Positions 8,591-18,595 of a DNA stretch of 64,000 nt are shown one piece after another. This stretch comes from Minisyncoccia bacterium (lineage in GTDB: Bacteria > Patescibacteriota > Minisyncoccia > Phycocordibacterales > GWA1-40-21): positions 166,179 through 230,178 of the forward strand of contig JBAQFI010000012.1 of NCBI GenBank assembly GCA_049287185.1, given 5' to 3'. Both the position numbers and the translations under genes were made by a program. The notes beneath the pieces were generated by a model. That model was not told the origin of the DNA and searched no databases. It saw only the letters and a program-made list of their open reading frames with translations. Position 1 is the stretch's first letter; each line of letters opens with the position of its first letter.

Positions 8591-11215
8591 CTACTTATTT
8601 TTAAGATGCTTCTTCAAATACTTTCCGGTATAAGATTTTTCATTTCTGGCTATATCTTCCGGCGTACCCTTCGCAACTATTTCTCCACCTTTATCACCCC
8701 CTTCTGGACCAATATCAATTACATAGTCGGCAGATTTAATTAAATCCATATTGTGTTCAATCACCACCACAGTATTACCTTCATCTACCAGCCTTTGTAA
8801 AATTTCAATTAATTTCTTAACATCCTCATAATGAAGTCCGATGGTCGGTTCATCTAAAACATACAAAGTTTTTTGCATAAATGGTCGGTATAATTCTGAA
8901 GAAATTTTGACACGCTGAGCCTCCCCACCTGACAAGGTGGTAGCAGATTGTCCAAGCTCCAAATAGCTGAGTCCGACGTCATTTAAGCTCTTCAAACGGT
9001 CAGAAATAGCTGGAATATCCTTAAAGAACTCCAAGGCCTCTTCTACGGTCATTTTGAGCACGTCATATATGCTTTTACCCTTATATTTAACCTCTAAAGT
9101 CTCCTTGGTAAAGCGCTTACCATTACAAACATCGCATGGCACATAAACGGTTGGTAAGAAGTGCATTTCTACTTCGATGGTGCCGTTTCCCTCACAAGCC
9201 TCACAACGTCCACCTTTAACGTTAAAAGAAAAACGATTGCTCTTCCAACCGCGAGCTTGCGCTTCAACAGTGTTGGCAAACATATCGCGAATAAAGGTAA
9301 ATGCCCCAGTATAGGTGGATGGGTTAGAACGTGGAGTTCGTCCAATCGGTGACTGATCAATCATGATGCCCCGACCAAGATATTCTGTGCCAGTACAAGA
9401 AGTACAATTAAATATTTCGTTAGAGCGATAGCGACGATCTAATTTGGCTTGCAAGTTTTTAAACAGAATTTCATAAATCAAAGATGATTTTCCAGAACCT
9501 GACACACCGGTAATACAGACTAGTTTACCGAGTGGAATATCCACATTCATATTTTTAATATTGTAAATGTGTCCACCACGAATTTTTATTTCACCTTTAT
9601 TTTCATCACGTCTTTTTTTAGGAGTTTTAATCACTAAATCCTCACGCAAATAATCTAGAGTAATTGATCCTGACTCATTTTTCTTATCAGTTAAAAGTTT
9701 GTCTAGATAGCCAGAAACTACTACGTGTCCACCGTGGACTCCAGCACCTGGTCCAATATCTACCAAGTAATCGGCAGAGTAAATTGTATCTTCATCGTGT
9801 TCCACCACAATAATAGTATTTCCTAAGTCTCTAAGGTGAAGCAGAGTTTTAATCAGACGATCATTATCACGACTATGTAGTCCAATCGTTGGTTCGTCCA
9901 AAACATACAAGGCTCCAACCAATCCAGATCCCAACTGACTAGCCAAACGAATACGTTGGGCTTCCCCACCAGAAAGAGTATAAGCGCGACGACTAAGTTG
10001 TAAATATTCAATACCGACGTTTAACATAAATTGTAAACGATCATCAATCTCTTTTAAAACTACTCGAGAAATTTCTTTTTCACGTTCATCAAGCACAAGT
10101 TCATCCATAAACTTTTTAGCATCAGTAATATTTTTATCAACAAATTGGGAAATGTTAATTCCACCCATCTTAATGTGATAGGCTTCTTCACGCAGGCGTC
10201 CTCCTTTACACTCAGCACACGGTTCATCACCAAAAATATGTTTTGTTCCAAGTCCATTACAATGAGGACAGGCACCATATGGAGAGTTAAAAGAAAACAA
10301 ACGTGGCTCGATTTCTGGATAGGAATAACCGTCATAAGGACACATAAACTTTACCGACATAATTTTTTCTCCAGCCGGAGTTTCAATTTTGAGCATACCT
10401 TGTGACTCATCAATGGCTTTTTCAATCGCTTCACTCAAACGCTCTCTGGTGGCACCAAACTCTTTTTTATTCCCGCCGTTAGGTCGGGCAGGCTTGAATT
10501 CACTGACAAAAAACTCATCAACTAAAATATCAATGTCATGTTTTTTATTTTTATTTAAAATAATTTGTTCACGAAGCTTCATCATTTCGCCGTCAATCTT
10601 TACCCACTCATAACCCTTACCAAGTAGATCATAAAGTAATTGGTAGTATTCACCTTTGCGTCCAACTACCACCGGTGAGAAAATTTTTACCCGAGCCTCA
10701 TTATAAGGTACACCTAAAACCACTTTGTTTTGTTTGGCATAGTCGGCTGTAGTTACAGTTTTTATAACAGTTTCTAGAATTTCTTCATTAGAAAGTTTTT
10801 TAATTTCACGACCACATTCTAAACAGTGTGGATGACCAATGCGGGCATAGAGAATACGAAGATAATCATATATTTCGGTAATAGTAGCCACAGTGGAACG
10901 AGGATTGTTGGAACGAGATTTTTGGTCAATGGAAATAGCCGGACTTAAACCAGAAATCTCATCTACATCTGGTTTTTGCATCTGGCGGAGGAACTGACGA
11001 GCATAAGAAGAAAGAGATTCAATGTAGCGACGTTGGCCTTCAGCAAAAATAGTATCGAATGCCAAAGACGACTTACCTGATCCGGAAAGTCCTGTAAAAG
11101 CAATCATTTTACCTCGAGGCATTTCCAGATCAATATTTTTAAGGTTATTAGTTCTCGCCCCCTTAATAGTAATCTTGTCAGACTCGGTAATTATTTTTGG
11201 TTTTTTATTTTCCAT
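8591..11215 (-). CDS. uvrA: excinuclease ABC subunit A (tandem ABC ATPase with zinc fingers)
   Basis: two Walker [24 protein letters not shown] signatures LSGGE, Cys clusters. Confidence 0.95.
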   Translation of the reverse strand: MENKKPKIITESDKITIKGARTNNLKNIDLEMPRGKMIAFTGLSGSGKSSLAFDTIFAEGQRRYIESLSSYARQFLRQMQKPDVDEISGLSPAISIDQKSRSNNPRSTVATITEIYDYLRILYARIGHPHCLECGREIKKLSNEEILETVIKTVTTADYAKQNKVVLGVPYNEARVKIFSPVVVGRKGEYYQLLYDLLGKGYEWVKIDGEMMKLREQIILNKNKKHDIDILVDEFFVSEFKPARPNGGNKKEFGATRERLSEAIEKAIDESQGMLKIETPAGEKIMSVKFMCPYDGYSYPEIEPRLFSFNSPYGACPHCNGLGTKHIFGDEPCAECKGGRLREEAYHIKMGGINISQFVDKNITDAKKFMDELVLDEREKEISRVVLKEIDDRLQFMLNVGIEYLQLSRRAYTLSGGEAQRIRLASQLGSGLVGALYVLDEPTIGLHSRDNDRLIKTLLHLRDLGNTIIVVEHDEDTIYSADYLVDIGPGAGVHGGHVVVSGYLDKLLTDKKNESGSITLDYLREDLVIKTPKKRRDENKGEIKIRGGHIYNIKNMNVDIPLGKLVCITGVSGSGKSSLIYEILFKNLQAKLDRRYRSNEIFNCTSCTGTEYLGRGIMIDQSPIGRTPRSNPSTYTGAFTFIRDMFANTVEAQARGWKSNRFSFNVKGGRCEACEGNGTIEVEMHFLPTVYVPCDVCNGKRFTKETLEVKYKGKSIYDVLKMTVEEALEFFKDIPAISDRLKSLNDVGLSYLELGQSATTLSGGEAQRVKISSELYRPFMQKTLYVLDEPTIGLHYEDVKKLIEILQRLVDEGNTVVVIEHNMDLIKSADYVIDIGPEGGDKGGEIVAKGTPEDIARNEKSYTGKYLKKHLKNK

Positions 11216-11218
11216 ATT

Positions 11219-11358
11219 TACGAATTTCTATACTAATATACGAATGGACGAATGATGCGAATCGATCAACAAATATTATACGAATTAAGAAAATTTCTTT
11301 GTTTGTGTGTCATTTGTTAATCGATTTGTTGTATTTGTGTTATTTGTTGATTTGTTAA
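11219..11358. repeat. CGAAT-rich palindromic repeat element (family A), two inverted half-copies; right half decayed CG to TG (tttgtt units)
   Basis: matches 47076-47213 and 7136-7196. Confidence 0.6.
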
Positions 11359-11544
11359 GATATAACACATCAATACCCCCTCGGGTTATCCCTAGGGGTT
11401 TATATACGAACTTTGCTATTGTAGCAGATACTATCAATTTGACAAGTAAATAATTGTATTTCAAAAGTTTCTTGACTTTAAGGTACTAAAAGCGTAATTT
11501 AGAAAAAGTAATTGAACCTTAAAATATAAGCAAAAAATACTTTC

Positions 11545-11592
11545 GCTACAGTTTTCAACTGACTTATATAGTCAGTTGAAAACTGTGGCGAA
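11545..11592. promoter_or_regulatory. near-perfect 21 bp-arm palindrome (cgctacagttttcaactgact tatata agtcagttgaaaactgtggcg) in leader of hypothetical gene
   Basis: seen directly; one mismatch in arms. Confidence 0.4.
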
Positions 11593-11635
11593 AACAAATC
11601 GTTTAGTCCAACAGTAGAGACGTGTTTCTAAGGAA

Positions 11636-12373
11636 ATGAGTCTCACAAAAAAAAGGAATAGGTTAGTTATGAAAAAAACTAATGGGTTCTGGAAAGCCGC
11701 CGGTCAGATTCATGAATTTGCAATGAAAGCCAGAGACAGGGGTATAACTGAGGCAGACATAACATTGTTTACTCAAAGTCCTGAAAGAATGGATGACTTA
11801 AAAAAGCTGGCTCGTGGAGGGATAGTGTCGTATCCAACCGATAAAATTTTATCAATGATAGAATGTGATATAAAAATTCCAGCGGTTTGGGAACGTGTTT
11901 CTCTTGATGATTATCTCCGAATTAATATTGGTCAGATGGCAAAAAAACAATGGAGGGAGGGAGATATAAAAATTGTGTCTATCGACGGAGAAATTAGAGA
12001 ATTCTTTGGCGGACAGATGATCGACGGTGATGTTGGTCAATATTTGTCAGCTTACGAAATCGCCGAGAACAAAACTAACGACATAAATTATGATGGTCGA
12101 GTACGATTTGAACTCGGTGACAACCATGAAGTAAAGTTTACAACAATTTTTCACTTATTGCGCCAGCAACCCAAAGGTGAATCTGAAGGTTCACTACGTA
12201 TCGATAAATGTAATAAATTTTATGTTATCGATAATGATGGAGAGGTTCGCTGTGTCTGCATACAATGGTGGGAGGCAATTGGTGGATGGGGTATTAGTAT
12301 CTGCAAAAGTAATCTTGGTCGTCATATTGGTGGCCAAAATATCTTTTTCGCAAGACGTGGTATTTATGCTTAA
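11636..12373 (+). CDS. hypothetical protein (alternative start 11669 MKKTNGFW with AGGAA RBS)
   Basis: long ORF, no recognised family. Confidence 0.45.
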   Translation: MSLTKKRNRLVMKKTNGFWKAAGQIHEFAMKARDRGITEADITLFTQSPERMDDLKKLARGGIVSYPTDKILSMIECDIKIPAVWERVSLDDYLRINIGQMAKKQWREGDIKIVSIDGEIREFFGGQMIDGDVGQYLSAYEIAENKTNDINYDGRVRFELGDNHEVKFTTIFHLLRQQPKGESEGSLRIDKCNKFYVIDNDGEVRCVCIQWWEAIGGWGISICKSNLGRHIGGQNIFFARRGIYA

Positions 12374-12471
12374 GTCTTTGTCTTTTGGCCTTGCAGTGTA
12401 CACTGCAAGGCCATTTATTTTTAAAATATTCGTCTGTTTTGGCAAATAAATCAGTACTATAATTTACATGA

Positions 12472-12510
12472 AATCGTCCCGCAAAAGATATTGCGGGACG
12501 ATTTTAAATT
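12472..12510. terminator. bidirectional terminator hairpin aatcgtcccgcaa-aagatat-ttgcgggacgatt
   Basis: 13 bp stem with T-rich flanks on both strands. Confidence 0.7.
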
Positions 12511-12516
12511 TAATAT

Positions 12517-12966
12517 TTAGACTTCTAACGGCTTAATCGAAACACGCAATTTAGCATTTCCACCAGCCGATTGAATATCAATATCATGATTGCCAACTTC
12601 TTTTATTGGTTTATCGAGAATAATAAACTCCGGTAAAATATCGATATGAGCTTGCTTCTTTAATTCAGAAACCAATTGTTCCTTGTGAATTCCTGCGAAC
12701 AAATGTCCTTTGTCATTGGTTTTACCGTGAATCTCTAGAACTGTTGAATTTATTGAAGCTAAATTCATCTTTAGCAAATCATCATTAACAGTTTGAAACT
12801 TTTCATCTTTTTCCTTAAGGGCTGTAATTTTTTTAATATTTTCTGGATTAGCCACAATTGCTTCTCCGTGTGGAATAAGCATGTTCAAAGCAAAGCCATC
12901 AGCCACTTCCTTGGTTTCATATTTCTTCCCTACTTTTCGAACATCTTTTAGTAAAATTATTTTCAT
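12517..12966 (-). CDS. rplI: 50S ribosomal protein L9
   Basis: MKIILLKDV...GK.G....V.DGFA.N.LIP N-terminal L9 signature. Confidence 0.9.
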   Translation of the reverse strand: MKIILLKDVRKVGKKYETKEVADGFALNMLIPHGEAIVANPENIKKITALKEKDEKFQTVNDDLLKMNLASINSTVLEIHGKTNDKGHLFAGIHKEQLVSELKKQAHIDILPEFIILDKPIKEVGNHDIDIQSAGGNAKLRVSIKPLEV

Positions 12967-12969
12967 ATT

Positions 12970-13034
12970 ATTTACCCGGTAAAGTTTTGACTAGTTAAAA
13001 ATCGTAGATTTTTCAGTCAAAATTTTTGCGGGTT
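12970..13034. repeat. MITE-like module family C (tttacccggtaaagttttgac ... gtcaaaatttttgcgggttg), imperfect inverted termini
   Basis: same module in opposite orientation at 21008-21073; termini reused at 47776-47808 and 52823-52903. Confidence 0.55.
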
Positions 13035-13045
13035 GATTCGTTTAC

Positions 13046-14290
13046 TTATTTGTTAATAACTTCCAACGCTTTGATCATCTGTGGATCTCGTCCTTTGACT
13101 CTATCTTCTTCTGTTATTTTTACCTCAAAATCTGGTTTAAGTCCACTCTCGGAAATTGAATAGCCATTTGGGGTAAGCCAACGAGCAATAGTGACCTTCA
13201 AATTACTGTTTTCACCAATTTTTACCACTTCTTGAACAGAACCCTTACCAAAAGTCTTCGTACCAACTATTTGAGCTAAACCGTGATCCCTAAGAGCACC
13301 AGCTAAAATTTCAGAGGCAGAAGCTGAACCCTCATTGGCCAAAATAACTAATTTTAATTTGTCTGTAAAAATTTGATGTCCATTGGCTCGATGAATTTTT
13401 TCGTCTTGCTCATCACTACCAACTTCTCGAACTATTACTTTACCTAATGGTAAAAACCATGAGGCCATGTCCACTGCTGATTCCAGATATCCACCAGGGT
13501 TACCACGTAAATCCAAAATCATCTTATCACTATCAGAAGCCAGAAATTCCTTTAAAGCCCCGCGGAAAAGATTGGCTGATTGAGCGTAAAAATTGTAAAG
13601 ATGAATAATGAAAACTCCATCCTTTTGTTCAGTGGCGACAGTTGGAATATTTATTACATCACGAGTAACTTTTTTTTCTAGATAATCATTATTACCTTCG
13701 CGAGCAATTTTAAAGGTAACCTCTGTCCCCTTTGGTCCACGGATTAATTTTACAGCAGCATCGACAGATATATCCTGAGTACTACTACCATTAATCGTGA
13801 TGATTTTGTCACCCGGCAAAATTCCCGCTCGTTCCGCTGGGGTGCCTTTGAGTGGCGCAATAACCGTCAAAATTCCATCTTTTTGCCCGACTTCCATTCC
13901 TACCCCCTCAAACCCACCACTGATGTCTTCGTCAAAACTCTTAGCTTCTTCAGGTGGCATGAAAACTGTATATGGATCACCAAAAGCTGAGGTCATACCT
14001 TGAATGGCTCCGTATAATTTCTCTTGATTAGTGGCGGGTTTAGCACTTTTTGTGGCCACGAACTTCTTATCTAAAATTTTCCATGTTTCCCAAAATTGTT
14101 TCATATCAATCGAATCGGTAGTAGAACCAGTAATGGTTAAATCAAAATTATTCTTAATATTTAAACCATCAACAGGATTGGTAACATTATTTTGACCCAA
14201 AACAAAACCGCCAAAAAAAGCGCTGGCAAATAAAAAGACTACAAACAAAGGCACGCCATAAACTTTCAGAAAATCTTTTTGCATATGCAT
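13046..14290 (-). CDS. ctpA: C-terminal processing peptidase S41 with PDZ domain, N-terminal membrane anchor
   Basis: PDZ segment and S41 catalytic region (GNPGG, SASASE-like Ser/Lys motif region). Confidence 0.8.
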   Translation of the reverse strand: MHMQKDFLKVYGVPLFVVFLFASAFFGGFVLGQNNVTNPVDGLNIKNNFDLTITGSTTDSIDMKQFWETWKILDKKFVATKSAKPATNQEKLYGAIQGMTSAFGDPYTVFMPPEEAKSFDEDISGGFEGVGMEVGQKDGILTVIAPLKGTPAERAGILPGDKIITINGSSTQDISVDAAVKLIRGPKGTEVTFKIAREGNNDYLEKKVTRDVINIPTVATEQKDGVFIIHLYNFYAQSANLFRGALKEFLASDSDKMILDLRGNPGGYLESAVDMASWFLPLGKVIVREVGSDEQDEKIHRANGHQIFTDKLKLVILANEGSASASEILAGALRDHGLAQIVGTKTFGKGSVQEVVKIGENSNLKVTIARWLTPNGYSISESGLKPDFEVKITEEDRVKGRDPQMIKALEVINK

Positions 14291-14374
14291 GTTATTATCT
14301 CAAAAAAATTGTTTTGATTCAACTGTTGTATGTGTTTGCCCACTTTAAACAAAAAATGTATAATTCATAAATAT

Positions 14375-15286
14375 ATGATAAAGAGATACACGAACAAAAA
14401 CTTGCTCTGGATTGACGCTGAAAATCTAGACAAAAATGAAATTGCTAGTTTAATGTCTGAGTTTGATCTTGAGCCTGAAGTTGCTCAGGAGTTGAGCTTA
14501 CCAACTTATAAACCAAAAATCTCAATTTATAAGGACTATATTTATTTGGTTCTTCACTTCCCTTCTTTTAGACATAATACTGAAGAACATGGTCAGGAAA
14601 TTGATTTTGTCATTGGTAAAAATTTTTTAATTACCACCCATTATGGCAATATTGATCAACTTGAAAAAGTGGCGAAGGTTTTTGAAGTAAATAGTATTTT
14701 AGATAAATATGATCTCAATGACAATGCTGGTTACCTATTTTATTTTGTTATCAAGGAATTATTTAAATCACTTAATGATGAGATTGACTATATCAATGAC
14801 ACTCTTAGAGGAATTGAAAAGAAAATTTTTGCTGGACAAGAAAAACAAATGGTTACTGCCCTATCAAAGGTTAGCCGTAATCTTTTAGAATTTAAGAATA
14901 TTGTTTGGGGTGAAAACGAAACAATTGCGACATTAGAAAAAAGTAGCCACGCTGTTTTTGATAAAAAATTATCATACAATCTTAGTAGTATCGTTAGTGA
15001 ATACTACAAAATCGAAAAAGCGATTGAAAGAAATATTCACTTCTTGAGTGAGCTTAGAGAAACCAATAACTCTCTTTTGTCTACCAAGCAAAATGAGATT
15101 ATGAAAACACTGACAATTATTACTTTTACTGTTATGCCTTTCACAATTATCAATAGTTTCTTTCAAATAAATACTAACTTTAAGCCGTTGCCAAATATTG
15201 AATACGACTGGTTTATTTTAGTTGGTTTAGAAGTAATATTGGTATTTTTAATGTATTTGTTTGCTCGAAGAAAGAAATGGTTTTAA
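14375..15286 (+). CDS. corA: CorA-family divalent cation transporter with non-canonical pore motif (QIN in place of GMN)
   Basis: C-terminal two TM helices with MPxT...N motif and KKKW tail; start moved to Met at 14375. Confidence 0.7.
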   Translation: MIKRYTNKNLLWIDAENLDKNEIASLMSEFDLEPEVAQELSLPTYKPKISIYKDYIYLVLHFPSFRHNTEEHGQEIDFVIGKNFLITTHYGNIDQLEKVAKVFEVNSILDKYDLNDNAGYLFYFVIKELFKSLNDEIDYINDTLRGIEKKIFAGQEKQMVTALSKVSRNLLEFKNIVWGENETIATLEKSSHAVFDKKLSYNLSSIVSEYYKIEKAIERNIHFLSELRETNNSLLSTKQNEIMKTLTIITFTVMPFTIINSFFQINTNFKPLPNIEYDWFILVGLEVILVFLMYLFARRKKWF

Positions 15287-15310
15287 ACTTTATTCATAAC
15301 TCCTTTAACT

Positions 15311-16759
15311 ATGTGGAATTTCTTGTCCAATTTGGTCGGCGCTAACCCAAACAAAATAAAACTTTGGAATACTTTGTCACGCTCAAAAGAGGACTTTATT
15401 CCAATAAAAAATGGCAAGGTTGGTTTATATACCTGTGGTCCAACTGTTTATGGTTTTCCCCACCTTGGTAATATGCGCACTTATGTTTTTGAAGATGTTT
15501 TAAAGAGGGTTCTAATGTATAACGATTTTAAGGTTAGACATATTATGAACATCACCGATGTTGGACACTTGACTGGCGACCGTGACATGGGCGAAGACAA
15601 GATGGAGAAAGAAGCCAAAAAAGAACATAAAACTGCCTGGGAGATTGCTGAGTTTTATACTAAAGCCTTTAAAGAAGACCTAGAATCACTGAACATAATC
15701 AATCCTGATATTCTCTGTAAAGCCACTGATCATATTGATGCTCAAATTGCTATGATTGAGGAGCTTGAGAAGAAAGGTTTTGTTTATTTAACATCCGATG
15801 GCGTTTATTTTGATACTTCCCTAGTACCCGACTATAATAAGCTTTCTCATCAGGATTTAGAATCATTAAAAGAAGGTGCTCGTGTCGAAAAGAATGAAGA
15901 AAAGAAAAATGCTACTGACTTTGCCCTTTGGAAATTTTCTCCAAAAACCAAGAGTAAATCTGAAAAAAGACAGATGGAATGGAAATCACCATGGGGTGTT
16001 GGTTTTCCTGGCTGGCATATTGAATGTTCCGCTATGAGTATGTTTTATCTGGGTGAACAATTTGACATACACTGCGGTGCTGTAGACGCCATCAGTATTC
16101 ATCATACTAATGAAATTGCTCAATCAGAAGCGGCAACTGGGAAAAAACCTTGGGTTCGATTCTGGCTTCATGCTGAACATCTAAACATGGACGGTGGTAG
16201 AAAAATGTCTAAAAGTGCTGGAGATGCAGTAACTGTAAAAAATACTTTCTTAAATAGGAAAATTGACCCATTAGCTTTTCGTTTTGCTAACTTTGGCACT
16301 CATTATCGTAAAACGATGGTCTGGAATGATGATATTCTAAATTCGGCTCTCAATAGCTATGATAATTTTACTCGTCGGGTTAAAGCTTTGGGTACCAGAG
16401 TTGGAAAAATTAATATGGCCTTTAAAGATGAATTTAAATCTGCTATAAATGACGATTTAAATATTTCAAGAGCTTTAGCGGTAACTAATGAAGTATTTAA
16501 AAGTGATATTTCCGATGAAGATAAACTAGCCACTGTTTTAGATTTTGATAATGTTCTTGGATTAAATTTAGAAAAATTAATTAACAGTAGCCCAAGACCC
16601 ACCAAATTGCCAGAAAAAGTTGGTCAACTAATGATTCTGAGACAAACTGCCAGAATCGGTAAAAACTGGGTAGAATCTGATCGTCTTAGAGACGAAATAC
16701 TAAAATTAGGCTACGAAGTAAAAGATACCCCAAACGGCCAAGAGACCACAAAAATATAG
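15311..16759 (+). CDS. cysS: cysteinyl-tRNA synthetase
   Basis: HLGN (HIGH-class) and KMSKS motifs, CGPTVY start. Confidence 0.95.
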   Translation: MWNFLSNLVGANPNKIKLWNTLSRSKEDFIPIKNGKVGLYTCGPTVYGFPHLGNMRTYVFEDVLKRVLMYNDFKVRHIMNITDVGHLTGDRDMGEDKMEKEAKKEHKTAWEIAEFYTKAFKEDLESLNIINPDILCKATDHIDAQIAMIEELEKKGFVYLTSDGVYFDTSLVPDYNKLSHQDLESLKEGARVEKNEEKKNATDFALWKFSPKTKSKSEKRQMEWKSPWGVGFPGWHIECSAMSMFYLGEQFDIHCGAVDAISIHHTNEIAQSEAATGKKPWVRFWLHAEHLNMDGGRKMSKSAGDAVTVKNTFLNRKIDPLAFRFANFGTHYRKTMVWNDDILNSALNSYDNFTRRVKALGTRVGKINMAFKDEFKSAINDDLNISRALAVTNEVFKSDISDEDKLATVLDFDNVLGLNLEKLINSSPRPTKLPEKVGQLMILRQTARIGKNWVESDRLRDEILKLGYEVKDTPNGQETTKI

Positions 16760-16834
16760 GTATTAGAAAGTATTGAGTATATAGTATATGGTATATAGTA
16801 TAAAACTAATGACTTTGCTATAGCAAAGTCATTA

Positions 16835-16867
16835 TACTGTATACTAAATACTTGATACTATATACCA
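16835..16867. repeat. heptad direct repeats (ATACTNN)x4-5
   Basis: similar arrays at 19841-19877 and 52741-52770. Confidence 0.5.
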
Positions 16868-16978
16868 TTAATTCTGTCCCCAACATAAGCACAGTTTTTA
16901 CACTTTTATTAGTTTGCTAATGTCTTTGTTATTGGTAAAATATGATAGTAATATTTAATTCTAGGTTTATTCCCTTCT

Positions 16979-17066
16979 CCGTCATTGCGAGCGAAGCGAA
17001 GCAATCCAGACTTAATTAATTTTAAAATCCTGGATTGCCGCGGATGAGTACATCCTCGCAATGACA
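16979..17066. repeat. inverted-repeat element family IR-A (arms gtcattgcgagcgaagcgaagcaatccag / ctggattgccgc...ctcgcaatgac), immediately upstream of dnaB
   Basis: arm family recurs at 19239, 27667, 47803, 49757, 51080, 52845, 54418, 56743. Confidence 0.6.
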
Positions 17067-17080
17067 GAAAAAACAAAACA

Positions 17081-18418
17081 ATGTCAGTTAGAATTCCCCC
17101 ACAAAATATTGAATCAGAAAAAGCTTTGCTCGGATCCATCATGCTCCGACCGGATTCTATTAATGATATTTCTGATATTGTAACTGCCGATTCTTTTTAT
17201 TCTGAGAAGCATCGTTTGATTTTTAGAACTATGCAGGAACTTTCTAGTAAAGGTGATCCGATTGATCTTCTAACTGTTTCTACAAAACTTAAAGACAATA
17301 AAGCTTTGGAACAAGCCGGTGGAATGTCATATCTCACTGAACTGACCAATATGGTTCCCTCCTCCGCCAATATTGAATATTACGGCCAGATGGTACAAAA
17401 GAAACATATGATGCGCAAGCTGATTGAAGCGTCAGAACATATTTGTTCTATGGGCTATGATGAAGCCAATGATATGGAAAATATGTTGGAAGGAGCAGAA
17501 AGAAAAATCTATGAAGTTACTCATGCTGCTGGTGGATCAGGTAATGTTGTAGAAATGAAAGATGCCCTTGGTGAGGCTTGGGAAAGATTGGACAAACTTC
17601 ATCGCTCAGATGGAGGGCTCCGGGGTGTGCCTACTGATTTTCGTGATTTAGACAATATTATGGCTGGTCTCCAAAAGTCTGACTTGGTTATTTTAGCGGC
17701 TCGACCATCAATGGGTAAAACTTCCCTAGCGCTGGACATCGCCCGCCAATCCTCTATCAAGCATGGAACTAAGGTAGTTATTTTTTCTTTGGAAATGTCC
17801 AACCAACAACTGGTTGATCGTATGATTGCTGCCGAATCGAGAGTGGATGCCTGGAGACTTCGTACGGGTAAACTTTCTATGGATGATGAATTCTTGAAAA
17901 TTCGTGATGCTTTAGAACCACTTTCCAAAGCTCCAATCTATGTTGACGATCAACCAGGTGCCACTATTCAAAAAATGCGTTCAACAGTTCGCAAATTAAA
18001 AATTGAAAAAGGAGTGGACTTGATTATTGTGGACTACTTACAACTTATTACTCCTACCAGAACCAAGTCGGACAATGTAGTTCAACAAATTACTGAAATT
18101 TCTCGTGATTTAAAGCATATGGCTCGTGAATTTAATGTTCCGGTCCTCGCTCTATCTCAGCTTTCTCGTGCAGTGGAACAACGTGGTGGTCGCCCTCGTC
18201 TGTCTGATCTTCGCGATTCTGGTTCTATTGAACAGGATGCCGACGTAGTTATTTTTATCCATCGTGAACAAAATGATGATGGTGGCGGTAAAAAGCAGAA
18301 TGCCGAGATTTTGATTGAAAAACATCGTAATGGTCCGACTGGTAAAGTGGAACTATTCTTTGATGATAAAAAATCGACTTTCCTAACTGTTGATAAAAAC
18401 AACTTCGGCGCCTTCTAA
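17081..18418 (+). CDS. dnaB: replicative DNA helicase
   Basis: DnaB N-terminal domain, Walker A (ARPSMGKTS), RecA-like C-domain motifs. Confidence 0.95.
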   Translation: MSVRIPPQNIESEKALLGSIMLRPDSINDISDIVTADSFYSEKHRLIFRTMQELSSKGDPIDLLTVSTKLKDNKALEQAGGMSYLTELTNMVPSSANIEYYGQMVQKKHMMRKLIEASEHICSMGYDEANDMENMLEGAERKIYEVTHAAGGSGNVVEMKDALGEAWERLDKLHRSDGGLRGVPTDFRDLDNIMAGLQKSDLVILAARPSMGKTSLALDIARQSSIKHGTKVVIFSLEMSNQQLVDRMIAAESRVDAWRLRTGKLSMDDEFLKIRDALEPLSKAPIYVDDQPGATIQKMRSTVRKLKIEKGVDLIIVDYLQLITPTRTKSDNVVQQITEISRDLKHMAREFNVPVLALSQLSRAVEQRGGRPRLSDLRDSGSIEQDADVVIFIHREQNDDGGGKKQNAEILIEKHRNGPTGKVELFFDDKKSTFLTVDKNNFGAF

Positions 18419-18595
18419 TGAATTTATATAACAAGGCTTTATATAAATAATTTCCAATTCAAAGTTTAAAATTTAAAAATAATTTAAAAACTCTGACATT
18501 TAAAATTTTAAATTAAGTAATTGTTTTTAAATTTGAAATTTGTTATTTTGAATTAAATTCCTCTAATTACTAACAAATAAAATATACTTATTCTC

